Positions 8,169 through 17,183 of a stretch of DNA of 64,000 bases are shown piece after piece. Source of the stretch: Vicinamibacterales bacterium (GTDB lineage: Bacteria; Acidobacteriota; Vicinamibacteria; Vicinamibacterales; UBA2999); the NCBI GenBank assembly GCA_036742665.1, contig DAINQP010000003.1, positions 3,301 through 67,300 of the forward strand, in the 5' to 3' direction. The notes beneath the pieces were generated by a model. It had not been told where the DNA came from, did no database searches, and saw only the letters and a list, made by a program, of their open reading frames with translations. The first letter of the stretch is position 1. The number at the start of each line of letters is the position of its first letter. Position numbers and translations under genes: made by a program.

Positions 8169-10766
8169 CTACAGCTGACGTAGCGCTCGCATCGGATCGA
8201 GTCGCGAGCTGCGTCGCGCAGGGACATAGCTTGCGATGATCCCAACCAAGGTCAGCAGCAGCGCAGCACCTGCAAAGGCGACCGGATCGAACGGGCTGAC
8301 ACCTGCCAGGAAGGTTCTGAACAGCGGGGTAAGGCCGAGCGAGGCAAATGCTCCCAACGCCACACCTCCCGCCACGACCTTCAGCGCACGCAACAACATC
8401 TCCTGGCGTATGCGAGGACGCGAGGCGCCGAGCGCCATGCGGATGCCAACTTCCGCCGTGCGGGACGCCGCGACGTACGACATAACCCCATAGAGACCGA
8501 TCATGGCCAACAACACCCCGGTTCCGCCCATCGCGCCCATGAGCATCGTGCCGAGGCGGCGCATGTTCATCTCCAGGCTGGTAGCACTGCGAAGGGTCTG
8601 CGCATTGACCGGCACGGTGGCATCGACCTCGTCTATCGCGCGCTGCACTGATGTGACGAGCCCGTCTGGCGACGACGCGCGAGCGTGGATGATAAGGGTT
8701 CGCGGACGCTGCGCGAACGGGTAATAGACGACCGACTGCGGCGCCTCACCGATTGTCCCGATGCGGTGGTCGCGCACGACACCGACGACTTCCGCATCGA
8801 GCTCGTCCTCCGTCTGCACGTGCTGACCAATTACTTCTTGTCCGGGAAAGTACGTCTTGGCGAAGGTCTCGTTCACGATTGCGACCGCCGGACTGCCCAT
8901 CCGGTCACTTCGTCCGAACTCGCGACCTTTGAGCATGCGAATGCCCAGCGTGCGGAAGAAATCCGCCCCGACGCTGTAGTTGGATGGACGTGTGCCGGGT
9001 ATATCGGTACGGCCGGCCGGATGAAAACTCCTCAGCAGCGAGTCGCCGCCGAGCGGAACGAGGTTGGCCACACTGGCCAGTGAAATTCCCGGGACCTGTG
9101 CGATCCGTTCAACCAGCCGCTCGGCGAAACGTGCGCGCGCGTCGCCTCCATATTGCTGCTGGTCCAGGCCGAATCGGGCGACGATGCCGTGGTCGAGATC
9201 GAAGCCGAGATCGGTGTGCCCGATCCGGATCTGACTGCGCACGAAGAGCAGCGTGGCGACAACCAGAAACAGCGACATCGCCAACTGGCCAACCACGAGC
9301 GATTGCCGCATCCACGTGCGCGGCGTCGCGCGGTCGCCACTCTGTCGCACATCGTCTATCACACGTTCGCGTGTCGCCCTGAGCGCCGGAAGGACGCCGC
9401 AGATGAGCGTGATCAGAAACACGAGCGGCACGCCGTACGGCACGATGCGCGCGTTCGGTGCCATGAGGTTGCGAAGCGGGGCCATTTCCGACGGGAGCGG
9501 CGCCCAGTTCACCGCATACGCCATGGCCAGACCGATCACTGCACCCGTCAGCGCCAGCAACAGGCTCTCGATCAGCATCGCCTGCACGACACGGGCACGC
9601 CCCGCCCCGATCGCCACGCGCACGGCAAACTCTCGGCGGCGCTCCGTGGCACGGGCCATCAGCAATCCGGCAACATTGACGCACGCGATAAGGAGCACCA
9701 GGGCGCCGGTCACAATCGTCAACGTCCTGGCTGCGCTGTATCCGATTTCCGCACCGCGAAACTGTACGGCTCGAGCCGGAAAGACGCGCGCCGAACGGCC
9801 CTTCGATGACAGCCGTTCGGGATACATCCGCTCGAGCGATGCGGTCAACGTCGTGACCGCGGCCTGTGCCTGCGACATCGTGGCATTCGGCTGCAGGCGT
9901 GCCAGGACACTCAGAGTGGGCGTCGCGCGATCCTCGAACGCCGACAACGTCAGGCGGCTAATCGGGACGTAGATCTGCGGCCCAATCCAGCCGAAGACCG
10001 CACGATAATCGTCGGGAAGCACGCCGACAACGGTGAACGACTCGCCGCCGAGCACGATTGATTGTCCAATCGCCGCCGGATCACCGCGCAGCCGATTCCG
10101 CCAGAAGCCTGCAGTAACCACGACGACTCTCGGGTTGCGCTCCGGCGCGGCCTCGGTTGCGGAGAACATGCGGCCAAGCTGCGCGCGAACGCCGAGCGCC
10201 TCGAAATAGTTTGCCGTGACGACGAGGAATGTGACTGGCGTCAGGCGGCCAGCGGATCCCATGTTCAACGCGCCGGTTCTGAAGCCGACTGCGTCCGTAA
10301 AGATGCCGTTACCCTTCAGATCCTGGTAATCGGGATACGAGAACTGATTCGCGTATCCAGGTTCGACGGCTACCACCCGCTTCGGCTCCGTCATCGTGGG
10401 CTCGTGACCGTAGATCGTGCTGATGCCCATGAACAACATGGCGTTGAGCCCGATGCCAAGGCCCAGCGACAGCGCACTGACCGTCACCAGAGCCGGACTT
10501 CGGCGGAGACTGCGTCCACCGTGACGAACGTCCTGCCACAGGGCGTCGATCCACGGGGCCACCCACTGCGCGCGGGCGTCTTCGCGCGCGAGCGTGGTGT
10601 TCCCCATCGTGCGGCGAACCGCACGCTGGGCCTCGGATGCGGACGCGCCCTCGCGGCGCAGGTCGTGCTCGGCCATCTCACGATGAAACCGGAGCTCCTC
10701 GTCGAGCTCCTCCGCGGCACGGCGTCCACGCAGCCAGTATCCAAGGCGTCGCAGGAAAGTCGTCAC
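8169..10766 (-). CDS. ADOP-type permease (duplicated MacB-like periplasmic domain + FtsX domains)
   Basis: The track ORF (to 10904) overlaps the upstream PadR gene. GTG 10766 lies 5 nt after the PadR stop and gives VTTFLRRLGYWLRGRRAAEELDEELRFHREMAE...DVRHGGRSLRRSPAL, the usual N-terminus of this family. Two FtsX-like membrane blocks follow. Confidence 0.85.
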   Translation of the reverse strand: MTTFLRRLGYWLRGRRAAEELDEELRFHREMAEHDLRREGASASEAQRAVRRTMGNTTLAREDARAQWVAPWIDALWQDVRHGGRSLRRSPALVTVSALSLGLGIGLNAMLFMGISTIYGHEPTMTEPKRVVAVEPGYANQFSYPDYQDLKGNGIFTDAVGFRTGALNMGSAGRLTPVTFLVVTANYFEALGVRAQLGRMFSATEAAPERNPRVVVVTAGFWRNRLRGDPAAIGQSIVLGGESFTVVGVLPDDYRAVFGWIGPQIYVPISRLTLSAFEDRATPTLSVLARLQPNATMSQAQAAVTTLTASLERMYPERLSSKGRSARVFPARAVQFRGAEIGYSAARTLTIVTGALVLLIACVNVAGLLMARATERRREFAVRVAIGAGRARVVQAMLIESLLLALTGAVIGLAMAYAVNWAPLPSEMAPLRNLMAPNARIVPYGVPLVFLITLICGVLPALRATRERVIDDVRQSGDRATPRTWMRQSLVVGQLAMSLFLVVATLLFVRSQIRIGHTDLGFDLDHGIVARFGLDQQQYGGDARARFAERLVERIAQVPGISLASVANLVPLGGDSLLRSFHPAGRTDIPGTRPSNYSVGADFFRTLGIRMLKGREFGRSDRMGSPAVAIVNETFAKTYFPGQEVIGQHVQTEDELDAEVVGVVRDHRIGTIGEAPQSVVYYPFAQRPRTLIIHARASSPDGLVTSVQRAIDEVDATVPVNAQTLRSATSLEMNMRRLGTMLMGAMGGTGVLLAMIGLYGVMSYVAASRTAEVGIRMALGASRPRIRQEMLLRALKVVAGGVALGAFASLGLTPLFRTFLAGVSPFDPVAFAGAALLLTLVGIIASYVPARRSSRLDPMRALRQL

Positions 10767-10771
10767 GGTCG

Positions 10772-11107
10772 CTACGCCTCGAGCACGCGCTGAATCGCCA
10801 GGATCATCTGATCGAATCCCTTGCGTTCGACGGCAAGACGTTTGCGCCCCGCCGCTGTCAACGAGTAATAGCGGGCGCGGCGATTGTTGTCCGACAGCCC
10901 CCACTCGCCGGCAATCCAGCCATTGACGAGCAAGCGCTGCAATGCGGGATAGAGCGAGCTCTCGCCGACTTGCAGGACCTCGTCAGACGTGACGCGCAGA
11001 TGCCGGGCGATACCGTAGCCGTGCATCGATCCACGCTGTAGCGTCCTGAGGATCAGCAGGTCGAGCGTGCCGGGCAACAGTTCCGGTGGGTCGTTGGTTG
11101 CTCCCAT
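10772..11107 (-). CDS. PadR-family transcriptional regulator
   Basis: 111-aa ORF with LDLLILRTLQRGSMHGYGIARHL...SLYPALQRLLVNGWI...RRARYYSLTAAGRKRL. Confidence 0.9.
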   Translation of the reverse strand: MGATNDPPELLPGTLDLLILRTLQRGSMHGYGIARHLRVTSDEVLQVGESSLYPALQRLLVNGWIAGEWGLSDNNRRARYYSLTAAGRKRLAVERKGFDQMILAIQRVLEA

Positions 11108-11111
11108 CGTT

Positions 11112-11164
11112 TATCGATGGAGAGTATCGAACCATCACCGCCGCGCTGTCAACTCCTATCGATA
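11112..11164. promoter_or_regulatory. TATCGA(T) repeats in the PadR / histidine-kinase divergent spacer (candidate operator)
   Basis: TATCGAT lies at 11112-11118, TATCGA at 11125-11130, and the palindromic TATCGATA at 11157-11164, all within a 73-bp spacer. Confidence 0.3.
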
Positions 11165-11180
11165 CACGTAGGGAGTCAAT

Positions 11181-13106
11181 ATGACTGGCCTTGCACTGGA
11201 CAGGACTGTCGCGACGAACGACAGTAGAGGGCCCGTCATGAGCGACCCCGCGTCACCAATGGCCGCATCTGGTGTTGAGTCCGTCGAGGATATCCTGCAC
11301 CTGCTCAGGACGCGGGTGCTGCTGGTTGCATTGAACGTGCTGGCAGTCGCAATGCCGCTGGTCTGTGTGATTCTCGCCTGGCAGGCGTACGCCGCCGGCT
11401 CACTCACCACTGCAACCCTCGCCATCTGCTCGTGGGGTCTGGTATTTCCCGTTTTGCGCCTGTGCCGTTCGGGGATGGCCTTTCAAACGTCGGCACTCGT
11501 GCTGCTGACCGTGCTGCTTATGAGCGCGGCGATGGTGGCGATGCGCGGCGGCCTGACGATCGGAAACCTCGCGGTCAGTGTCCTGGTGATTCTGCTCGCG
11601 ACGCTGTTCTTCGGCCGACACGGCGCGATCGCGGCGCTGTTCGCGGTGGTTCTGGTGATCGTCACAAGCGGCGTCCTGGTCGTTCAGGGGCATCTTCCCC
11701 CGTTGTCGCGCGATTTGTGGGATCCGCTGGACCCCGCCGTATGGGTGCGACAGACAGTCATCATGACCCTCCTCGGCGTCGTGATGGCCGCCACCGAGCT
11801 CTACGTCGTTGAGCGTCTCGCCCATCAGGTCGACGTGCATCAGAAGCTTGCCATTCGCGAACGTGAGCAGCGGCTCGCGCTCGAGCGATCCGAGCGGGAA
11901 CGGGTCCGCGAGCGCGAGCAGCGCGAACACGCGCAGCATGCGCTGGAACAATCACGCCGCATCGAAGCGCTCGCCAGGATGGCTGGCGGTGTCGCGCACG
12001 ATTTCAACAATGCGCTCACCGTCATCGTCGGCGGTGCCGAGATGGCCAAGCTTCGCCGCGACTTTCCCGAACAAGTCGAGGAGTGCCTCGACGAGGTGTT
12101 ACGCGCGGCGAGCGGCGCTGCCGACCTGTCTCGCCGGCTACTCATGCTCGGCCGCCAGCACATCGCCAAGCCGACGCCGACGGCGATCGCGAGCCTGGTC
12201 GATCGGCTTCAGACACCGATGCGCCGGATACTCGCCGAGGATATTCACCTGGCCGTGAACCCGCCTGCCGAAGACGCGACCGCGATGGTCGATGACACAC
12301 AGCTCGAACATGCGCTGCTCAACCTCGTCATCAACGCCGGTGATGCGATGCCGCGTGGCGGTACCGTGACGATTAGCTGGCGCGTCGAGGATGTGGCCAG
12401 CGCACCGAACGTGGCTGACGGCAGGTATGTCTCCATTGGCATCTCGGACACTGGCCCGGGCATGGACCACGAGACCCTCGATCGGATCTTCGATCCATTC
12501 TTCACGACCAAACTCGACAAAGGCGGCACCGGACTCGGCCTGGCAACCGTTTATGCCTTCGCCAAGGAATCACACGGTGGCATTGACGCAACATCCGCGC
12601 CCGGCACCGGCACCACGATCACCATTTGGCTGCCCGAAGCGCGTGACGTCCATCCACCCCCGCCCACGCCGCTCGCCAAGGCCACCGCAGTCGCCGTGCC
12701 CGCCGGGGCTCGTGTGCTCGTCGTCGAGGATCGCGCCGATGTCCGGGCCAGCATGTCGCGAATCCTGTCGCACCATGGTTTCGTTGTCATTGAAACCAGC
12801 GACGGAGATGGTGCACTGCAACGACTGGCTGAGGACCGCGCATTCGCTTTGATGTGTATCGACGGCGTGATGCCCGGGCTCGAGACCGCGACGGTGATCG
12901 AGCGAGCCAATGCGCTGGCACCCTCGATGCCGGTCCTGGTGTGCTCGGGTCACGTGCAGGAAGAACTGCTGCGCCGTGGCATCGCCACGGGCCGCTACGC
13001 GTTCCTGTCGAAGCCGTTCTCGGCGCAGCAGCTGCTCACCAGCGTCGCGCAGGTGCTCGGCTCGCGCGGCGACTCCACGATCGCTGCCCCGCCCTCTCAG
13101 GGCTGA
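11181..13106 (+). CDS. Hybrid sensor histidine kinase / response regulator (membrane N-terminus, coiled coil, HisKA, HATPase_c, receiver)
   Basis: GGGAG lies 5 nt upstream of the ATG. The H-box is [14 protein letters not shown], the N-box [13 protein letters not shown]1 DTGPGM and G2 GGTGLGLA. The receiver reads [11 protein letters not shown]...CIDGVMPG...LSKPF. Confidence 0.85.
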   Translation: MTGLALDRTVATNDSRGPVMSDPASPMAASGVESVEDILHLLRTRVLLVALNVLAVAMPLVCVILAWQAYAAGSLTTATLAICSWGLVFPVLRLCRSGMAFQTSALVLLTVLLMSAAMVAMRGGLTIGNLAVSVLVILLATLFFGRHGAIAALFAVVLVIVTSGVLVVQGHLPPLSRDLWDPLDPAVWVRQTVIMTLLGVVMAATELYVVERLAHQVDVHQKLAIREREQRLALERSERERVREREQREHAQHALEQSRRIEALARMAGGVAHDFNNALTVIVGGAEMAKLRRDFPEQVEECLDEVLRAASGAADLSRRLLMLGRQHIAKPTPTAIASLVDRLQTPMRRILAEDIHLAVNPPAEDATAMVDDTQLEHALLNLVINAGDAMPRGGTVTISWRVEDVASAPNVADGRYVSIGISDTGPGMDHETLDRIFDPFFTTKLDKGGTGLGLATVYAFAKESHGGIDATSAPGTGTTITIWLPEARDVHPPPPTPLAKATAVAVPAGARVLVVEDRADVRASMSRILSHHGFVVIETSDGDGALQRLAEDRAFALMCIDGVMPGLETATVIERANALAPSMPVLVCSGHVQEELLRRGIATGRYAFLSKPFSAQQLLTSVAQVLGSRGDSTIAAPPSQG

Positions 13107-13161
13107 CACGGCCGTGCTGTGACCCGCCACGAATGACTCCAATGCACGCTGTGCTCCAGTC

Positions 13162-14256
13162 GTGTTACGCTGCGCGCCCATGGGCTTTTTGATACTCCGA
13201 GGGGTTCGTAGCGCCCTTTGTATTTCAGCAATTTGCTTAGGGCTGGTCATGGCCGGGGCGGTTCCCGCCGCCGCTCAGGCCAGAGGATCGGCGGACGCGG
13301 CGGCTGCCATGCGAGTGAATCCGCATTGGAAGGCGCCGCGTACTGCCTGGGGCCACCCAGACCTTGAAGGCATCTGGACCAGTGACGACATGCGCGGTGT
13401 GGCGATGTCGCGTCAACCGCAATTCGGCACTCGCCTCTACCTGAGTGACGAGGAGTTCGCGGCTCGCGCCAAGCAGCGCCAGAGCGCGCGCGCCGTCGAC
13501 GACGCGAGGACGGGTACGTTCCGCAATGAGGAAGGCTCGCGCGACTTCAGCTACACCTCGATGGTGATCGATCCGCCGGACGGCCGCGTGCCGGCGTTGA
13601 CGCCCGCAGGACAGGCGCGACGCGCCTCTGGTGGTCAGGGATCGTTCGGCGTGGGACCCTGGAACAAGGTCCAGGATTTCTCTCTCTACGATCGCTGCAT
13701 CACCCGCGGCGCGATTGGGTCGTTCATGCCTGCGGTCTACGGCAATGGTGCCCGCATCGTCCAGACGCCGAACGCGGTCGTCATCAGCTACGAGATGGTG
13801 CACGACACGCGCGTGATCCCGCTGGACGACCGGCCGCCGCTCAGCGACAACATCCATCTGTTGATGGGCGATTCGCGCGGGCATTGGGAAGGCGACACCT
13901 TGGTCGTCGAGTCGCGCAACTTCACCGATCGAACGACGGTCGGCGGCGCCCGGCACAGCGAGAAGCTGCATATGACTGAGCGCTTCACGCGAATCGATCC
14001 CGAGATGATCGACTACGAGATCCATGTTGACGATCCCGACACGTTCGTCAAACCGTGGACGATGCGGATGACCATCACGACGCAGCTGGACTATCAGATC
14101 TACGAATACGGCTGCCACGAAGGCAACAACGCGATGCGGAACGCGTTGAGCGCGGAGCGCGCCTACGACAAGGCCGTGGAAGACGCGAAGGCAAAGGGAC
14201 TGCCGCCGCCCGAGCGCGTGTTCGAACGCGTCAACGGAGCCGACCGCGCGCGGTGA
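13162..14256 (+). CDS. Exported protein of unknown function ('DLxGxW ... WEGDTL' family, member 1)
   Basis: 364-aa ORF with a signal peptide (AVPAAAQA). Its motifs are HPDLEGIWTS, YEMVHDTRVIPLDDRP, GDSRGHWEGDTLVVESRNF, LHMTERF and YEYGCHEGNN. An alternative start is ATG 13180. It is related to the products at 49173 and 50361. Confidence 0.75.
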   Translation: MLRCAPMGFLILRGVRSALCISAICLGLVMAGAVPAAAQARGSADAAAAMRVNPHWKAPRTAWGHPDLEGIWTSDDMRGVAMSRQPQFGTRLYLSDEEFAARAKQRQSARAVDDARTGTFRNEEGSRDFSYTSMVIDPPDGRVPALTPAGQARRASGGQGSFGVGPWNKVQDFSLYDRCITRGAIGSFMPAVYGNGARIVQTPNAVVISYEMVHDTRVIPLDDRPPLSDNIHLLMGDSRGHWEGDTLVVESRNFTDRTTVGGARHSEKLHMTERFTRIDPEMIDYEIHVDDPDTFVKPWTMRMTITTQLDYQIYEYGCHEGNNAMRNALSAERAYDKAVEDAKAKGLPPPERVFERVNGADRAR

Positions 14257-14264
14257 TTGGTTAC

Positions 14265-14287
14265 GTAGAGGCTACCTTCAGGCGGCC
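14265..14287. repeat. Degenerate REP-like element (resembles type B in reverse orientation)
   Basis: GTAGAGGCTACCTTCAGGCGGCC compares with the reverse complement of the 39141-39169 element, GTAGAGGCGGGTCTTCAGACCCGGC. Confidence 0.3.
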
Positions 14288-14303
14288 TTTCATCGGAGGA
14301 CGA

Positions 14304-14912
14304 ATGAATCGAATCGTGTTCTCGCTCTTGTTGGTCGCTGGTGTCGCTGCTCCGGCCGCAGCGCAGGCGCCCGCTCCAACCGCACTGCCAGCAGCCGACG
14401 CGACAGTCGTCGCCAACCCGACCTACGTCTCTATTCCGATGGAGATCACGGTCAACAAGCCCGCTGCCGACGTGTGGAAGCGCATCGGCAAGTACTGCGA
14501 TATCGGCGAGTGGTTCCAGATTCCCTGCACGATTACACAGGGCAAGGATGGTGAGTTCGGCGCGGTACGGTCGGTGGCCAACGAAGTACTCGTCGGCAAG
14601 ACCGAGCTGTCGTACACCTACACGCAGCCGGTGCGCGCCGGCCGCCCCTACATCCTCTATCACGGCACGCTCGAAGCACGCCCGGTGACCGCGACGACCT
14701 CGAAGCTGGTCTACACGCTGGTCTATGACAATTCGACGCTGGGCGACGATGCCGCCAAGGAAAAGGATCGGCAGACGCGGACCGCGACGTTCACCCGCGC
14801 GCTGCAGAACATGAAGACGATCGCTGAAGGCGGCACACTGCCTCCTCCGCCGCCGCGCGGTGGCGGCGCAGGCGCGCCGGCTGGTGCACCGCCAGTCAGC
14901 GGACGCAACTGA
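14304..14912 (+). CDS. Exported SRPBCC/START-like (polyketide cyclase-dehydrase fold) protein with a Pro/Gly-rich tail
   Basis: GGAGGA lies 3 nt upstream of ATG 14304. The signal peptide is MNRIVFSLLLVAGVAAPAAAQA. PAADVWKRIGKYCDIGEWF...TYTQP...YHGTLEARP fits the SRPBCC pattern. The track ORF start at 14055 overlaps the previous gene. Confidence 0.65.
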   Translation: MNRIVFSLLLVAGVAAPAAAQAPAPTALPAADATVVANPTYVSIPMEITVNKPAADVWKRIGKYCDIGEWFQIPCTITQGKDGEFGAVRSVANEVLVGKTELSYTYTQPVRAGRPYILYHGTLEARPVTATTSKLVYTLVYDNSTLGDDAAKEKDRQTRTATFTRALQNMKTIAEGGTLPPPPPRGGGAGAPAGAPPVSGRN

Positions 14913-14935
14913 GGCCGACATGCGATGGTACGCAG

Positions 14936-14994
14936 GGGACACCTTCCGCCTTCGCGTCAAGCTACGGCGGACCACCATAGCCTTGGCGAAGGTG
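14936..14994. repeat. REP-like element (type C core) forming a long imperfect hairpin between the SRPBCC and DUF6152-like genes
   Basis: The core CCGCCTTCGCGTCAAGCTACGGCGGACC lies at 14946-14973. The arms CGCCTTCGC (14947-14955) and GCGAAGGTG (14986-14994) pair. Confidence 0.5.
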
Positions 14995-15390
14995 GTGAGG
15001 CGGCCCGTTGCATTCGCGGCCGGCGGCGTCGTGACACTCACGCTGTCGGTCGCGGCGCACCATTCGCATGGCCAGTACGACGAATCGTTCAGGGACATCT
15101 CCGGCGTCGTCAAAGAGATGCACCTGCTGACGCCGCATTCCTGGCTATACATCGAGGTGAAGGATTCCTCGGGCGCACCGCAGGTCTGGGCGCTCGAGGC
15201 GACGACGCGTGCGCAGCTCGAGCAGGCTGGTGTCACACGCGAGTACGTGAAGCCGGGCGATCCGATCAAAGCCCGCTGTCATCCCCTCAGGGACAAGACC
15301 AACGGATGTCTGCTCGGCTTTCTGAAAGCCGCCGACGGCTCGGTCAAGGACTGGGACGGCGGCAACGCTCCCCCACCGAAAGATTTTTAG
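14992..15390 (+). CDS. DUF6152-like small exported protein, copy 1
   Basis: The product reads VVRRPVAFAAGGVVTLTLSVAA|HHSHGQYD...TPHSWLYIEV...WALEAT...GDPIKARCHPLRDKTNGCLLGF. The track start (ATG 14920) would translate the REP element. GTG 14992 gives a signal peptide the same length as copy 2, but the start remains uncertain between 14920 and 14992. Confidence 0.7.
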   Translation: MVRRPVAFAAGGVVTLTLSVAAHHSHGQYDESFRDISGVVKEMHLLTPHSWLYIEVKDSSGAPQVWALEATTRAQLEQAGVTREYVKPGDPIKARCHPLRDKTNGCLLGFLKAADGSVKDWDGGNAPPPKDF

Positions 15391-15398
15391 GATAGGTC

Positions 15399-15423
15399 GT
15401 AGGGCCGGTCGTTCCGAACCGGC
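15399..15423. repeat. REP-like hairpin (type C head)
   Basis: The sequence is GTAGGGCCGGTCGTTCCGAACCGGC, with the stem GCCGGT/ACCGGC. It lies between stop 15390 and ATG 15437. Confidence 0.5.
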
Positions 15424-15436
15424 AGTTGGAGCACGC

Positions 15437-16111
15437 ATGCGCGTCACCGCTCTCGTGTTCGGATTCCTGCTGATCGCCGGCACCGCCCGCGCGCAGGAAT
15501 GGGACGAGTACACCAGCCGTCCAGACGGGTTCCGCATCAACTTCCCTGGCACACCGAAGATCAGCGAGAGTACGTGGACGTCACAACTGAACTACGTGCT
15601 GCCTGATCGGATCTACAGCGCCGAGCGCGGTCGCGAGCGCTATTCGGTCACCGTCGTCGATTACAGCGGTATCGAGCAACAAGGCATCGAGCGTGCGAAG
15701 TCGTGTCCGCCCGGCAATGCCAACTGTCGCGCGAACGCACCGGCGACGCTGGGACCAGGCTACTCACATCACGACGAACGCGGAGCGATCGTTTACGCGA
15801 CCTTCAAGCTGCTGCAGCGCGATGCCAAGCTGAATTATCTGACCTGGGAATGGCAGGACCTCGTCGAAGGCCACATCGTGCAGCTCACCAATGCCGATCA
15901 GTCACGCACGTTCGCGTGGATCGGCATGCACCAGCACAAGCTGTACATCATCGAAGGCACGGTGCCCGCGGGTTTTCCCGAGCCCGGCCTGTTCCAGCAG
16001 TCGATGCAGTGGATCGACAAGAGTGGTAGGCCGATTCGCTATCAGACGCTGTACTCGAATTCATTCCACGCCTTCGGTATCTATCCGGTTCCCGCGATCG
16101 TCGGACAGTAA
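15437..16111 (+). CDS. Exported protein of unknown function ('QEW' family, copy 1)
   Basis: GGAG lies upstream, and the signal peptide ends TARAQEW. It is clearly paralogous to 17184-17909, sharing DGF..NFPG.PK, TVVDY.GIE, TNAD.SRTFA, LYI.E.TV..G.PEP.LF.QS and IRY.TLY. Confidence 0.75.
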   Translation: MRVTALVFGFLLIAGTARAQEWDEYTSRPDGFRINFPGTPKISESTWTSQLNYVLPDRIYSAERGRERYSVTVVDYSGIEQQGIERAKSCPPGNANCRANAPATLGPGYSHHDERGAIVYATFKLLQRDAKLNYLTWEWQDLVEGHIVQLTNADQSRTFAWIGMHQHKLYIIEGTVPAGFPEPGLFQQSMQWIDKSGRPIRYQTLYSNSFHAFGIYPVPAIVGQ

Positions 16112-16129
16112 GTCGCGCGCGTGCCCGTG

Positions 16130-17089
16130 CTATTGGCATCGGCTCGCGCCGGCAGTGTTTCCTTCGCGCGCGCCATCGCGGTAGATTTTGTGACAGTTCG
16201 CGCACGCCTCGTTGAGTTGCTCCGCCACCTTGTTCATCGCATCCACGCTTCTGGACTGTGACGCGCGATACGCGGCGCGGCTGACCTCAACCAGCGACGA
16301 GGTGTACTGCTTCCAGTCGGCGCGATCGACGGGCACCGGCCGGCCATTCTCACACCGGCGGCCCGGCACCAGGAACAGCGGCGCGGTTTCGATCATCGCC
16401 AGCGCCGCCTGATCGACCGCCGACCATCCGTAGTAGACCGTCGAGCCCCAGAGCACATAATCGAACGGGATCGGCATCGCCGGTTTGTCCTTCGCCGGAT
16501 CCTTCACCTGCACGTTGAAGAGGATGTTGGCGTTCGGGAACGTCACCGCGCGCATCAACTGCGCGAGGTTGGCGCTGGGCGCGAATGATGCCGTGCCACC
16601 GGTCGCCGACGCAGGAGCGGTGCGCGTCGGAAACGTGATTTGTCCCAGTTCGGCGGTGCCGAGATCCGACGGTCCTGATGGAAACGTGCCGCTGCGCAAA
16701 ATGAATGCGGTCAGGTCGATGGCTTGCGGCCGCCCCAGACTATCAGGCTGTCCCGGAGGCATGGTCTGTTCGATCTTGTTCACGAGATCGTTCAGGGGAC
16801 GTGCGCTCCACACGGCGAGAAACGCGTCGCCGGCGAGCGGCGGACCAACCACGCCCGCGAGCGTCGCCCCGTGACAATTGGCGCACAGCGTCTGATAGAG
16901 CTGCTGTCCCCGCGTGGCCTGAGTATCTGAATAGACACGATCGGCGATCGATCGCGCTTGACCATGGCCGGCCACCGACAGCGCGGCAATGAGCGCTCCG
17001 GCAGACGTGATTCCGGCCACGTGACGAGAGACGGCCGCGGCACCCCCTCGACGTCGCTCGGGGTGCCCTGAGCGCGAATCGAAGGGCAT
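16130..17089 (-). CDS. Dihaem c-type cytochrome (class I-like N-domain plus a class II-like domain with a C-terminal haem site)
   Basis: It has two CxxCH motifs: LYQTLCANCHGATL (with downstream TMPPG) and NEACANCHKIYRD near the C-terminus. I set the start at ATG 17089 because the track start at 17203 overlaps the divergent gene. Confidence 0.8.
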   Translation of the reverse strand: MPFDSRSGHPERRRGGAAAVSRHVAGITSAGALIAALSVAGHGQARSIADRVYSDTQATRGQQLYQTLCANCHGATLAGVVGPPLAGDAFLAVWSARPLNDLVNKIEQTMPPGQPDSLGRPQAIDLTAFILRSGTFPSGPSDLGTAELGQITFPTRTAPASATGGTASFAPSANLAQLMRAVTFPNANILFNVQVKDPAKDKPAMPIPFDYVLWGSTVYYGWSAVDQAALAMIETAPLFLVPGRRCENGRPVPVDRADWKQYTSSLVEVSRAAYRASQSRSVDAMNKVAEQLNEACANCHKIYRDGAREGNTAGASRCQ

Positions 17090-17098
17090 CACGCGCGG

Positions 17099-17104
17099 AT
17101 TATA
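17099..17104 (-). promoter_or_regulatory. Perfect TATAAT hexamer 9 nt upstream of the cytochrome c ATG (possible leaderless or short-leader transcript)
   Basis: The minus strand reads GCGTATAATCCGCGCGTGATG. I found no convincing -35 element. Confidence 0.25.
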
Positions 17105-17183
17105 CGCTTGCGCGTAGCAGTCGTTTTCGGCAGTATCTCGACACCCTAGGACGTCGAGTTGCGGTTGAAGCCGAGGAGGACAC

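Noticed and set aside
10767-10904. The N-terminal 46-codon extension of the ADOP permease ORF, which overlaps the PadR gene. Similar extensions are at 14055-14303, 25351-25452, 27023-27112, 28129-28191, 45924-46214, 50297-50386, 57879-58061 and 61314-61541.
   Set aside because: The extensions overlap upstream genes or translate REP elements or spacers. Internal starts have RBSs and give canonical N-termini or signal peptides.
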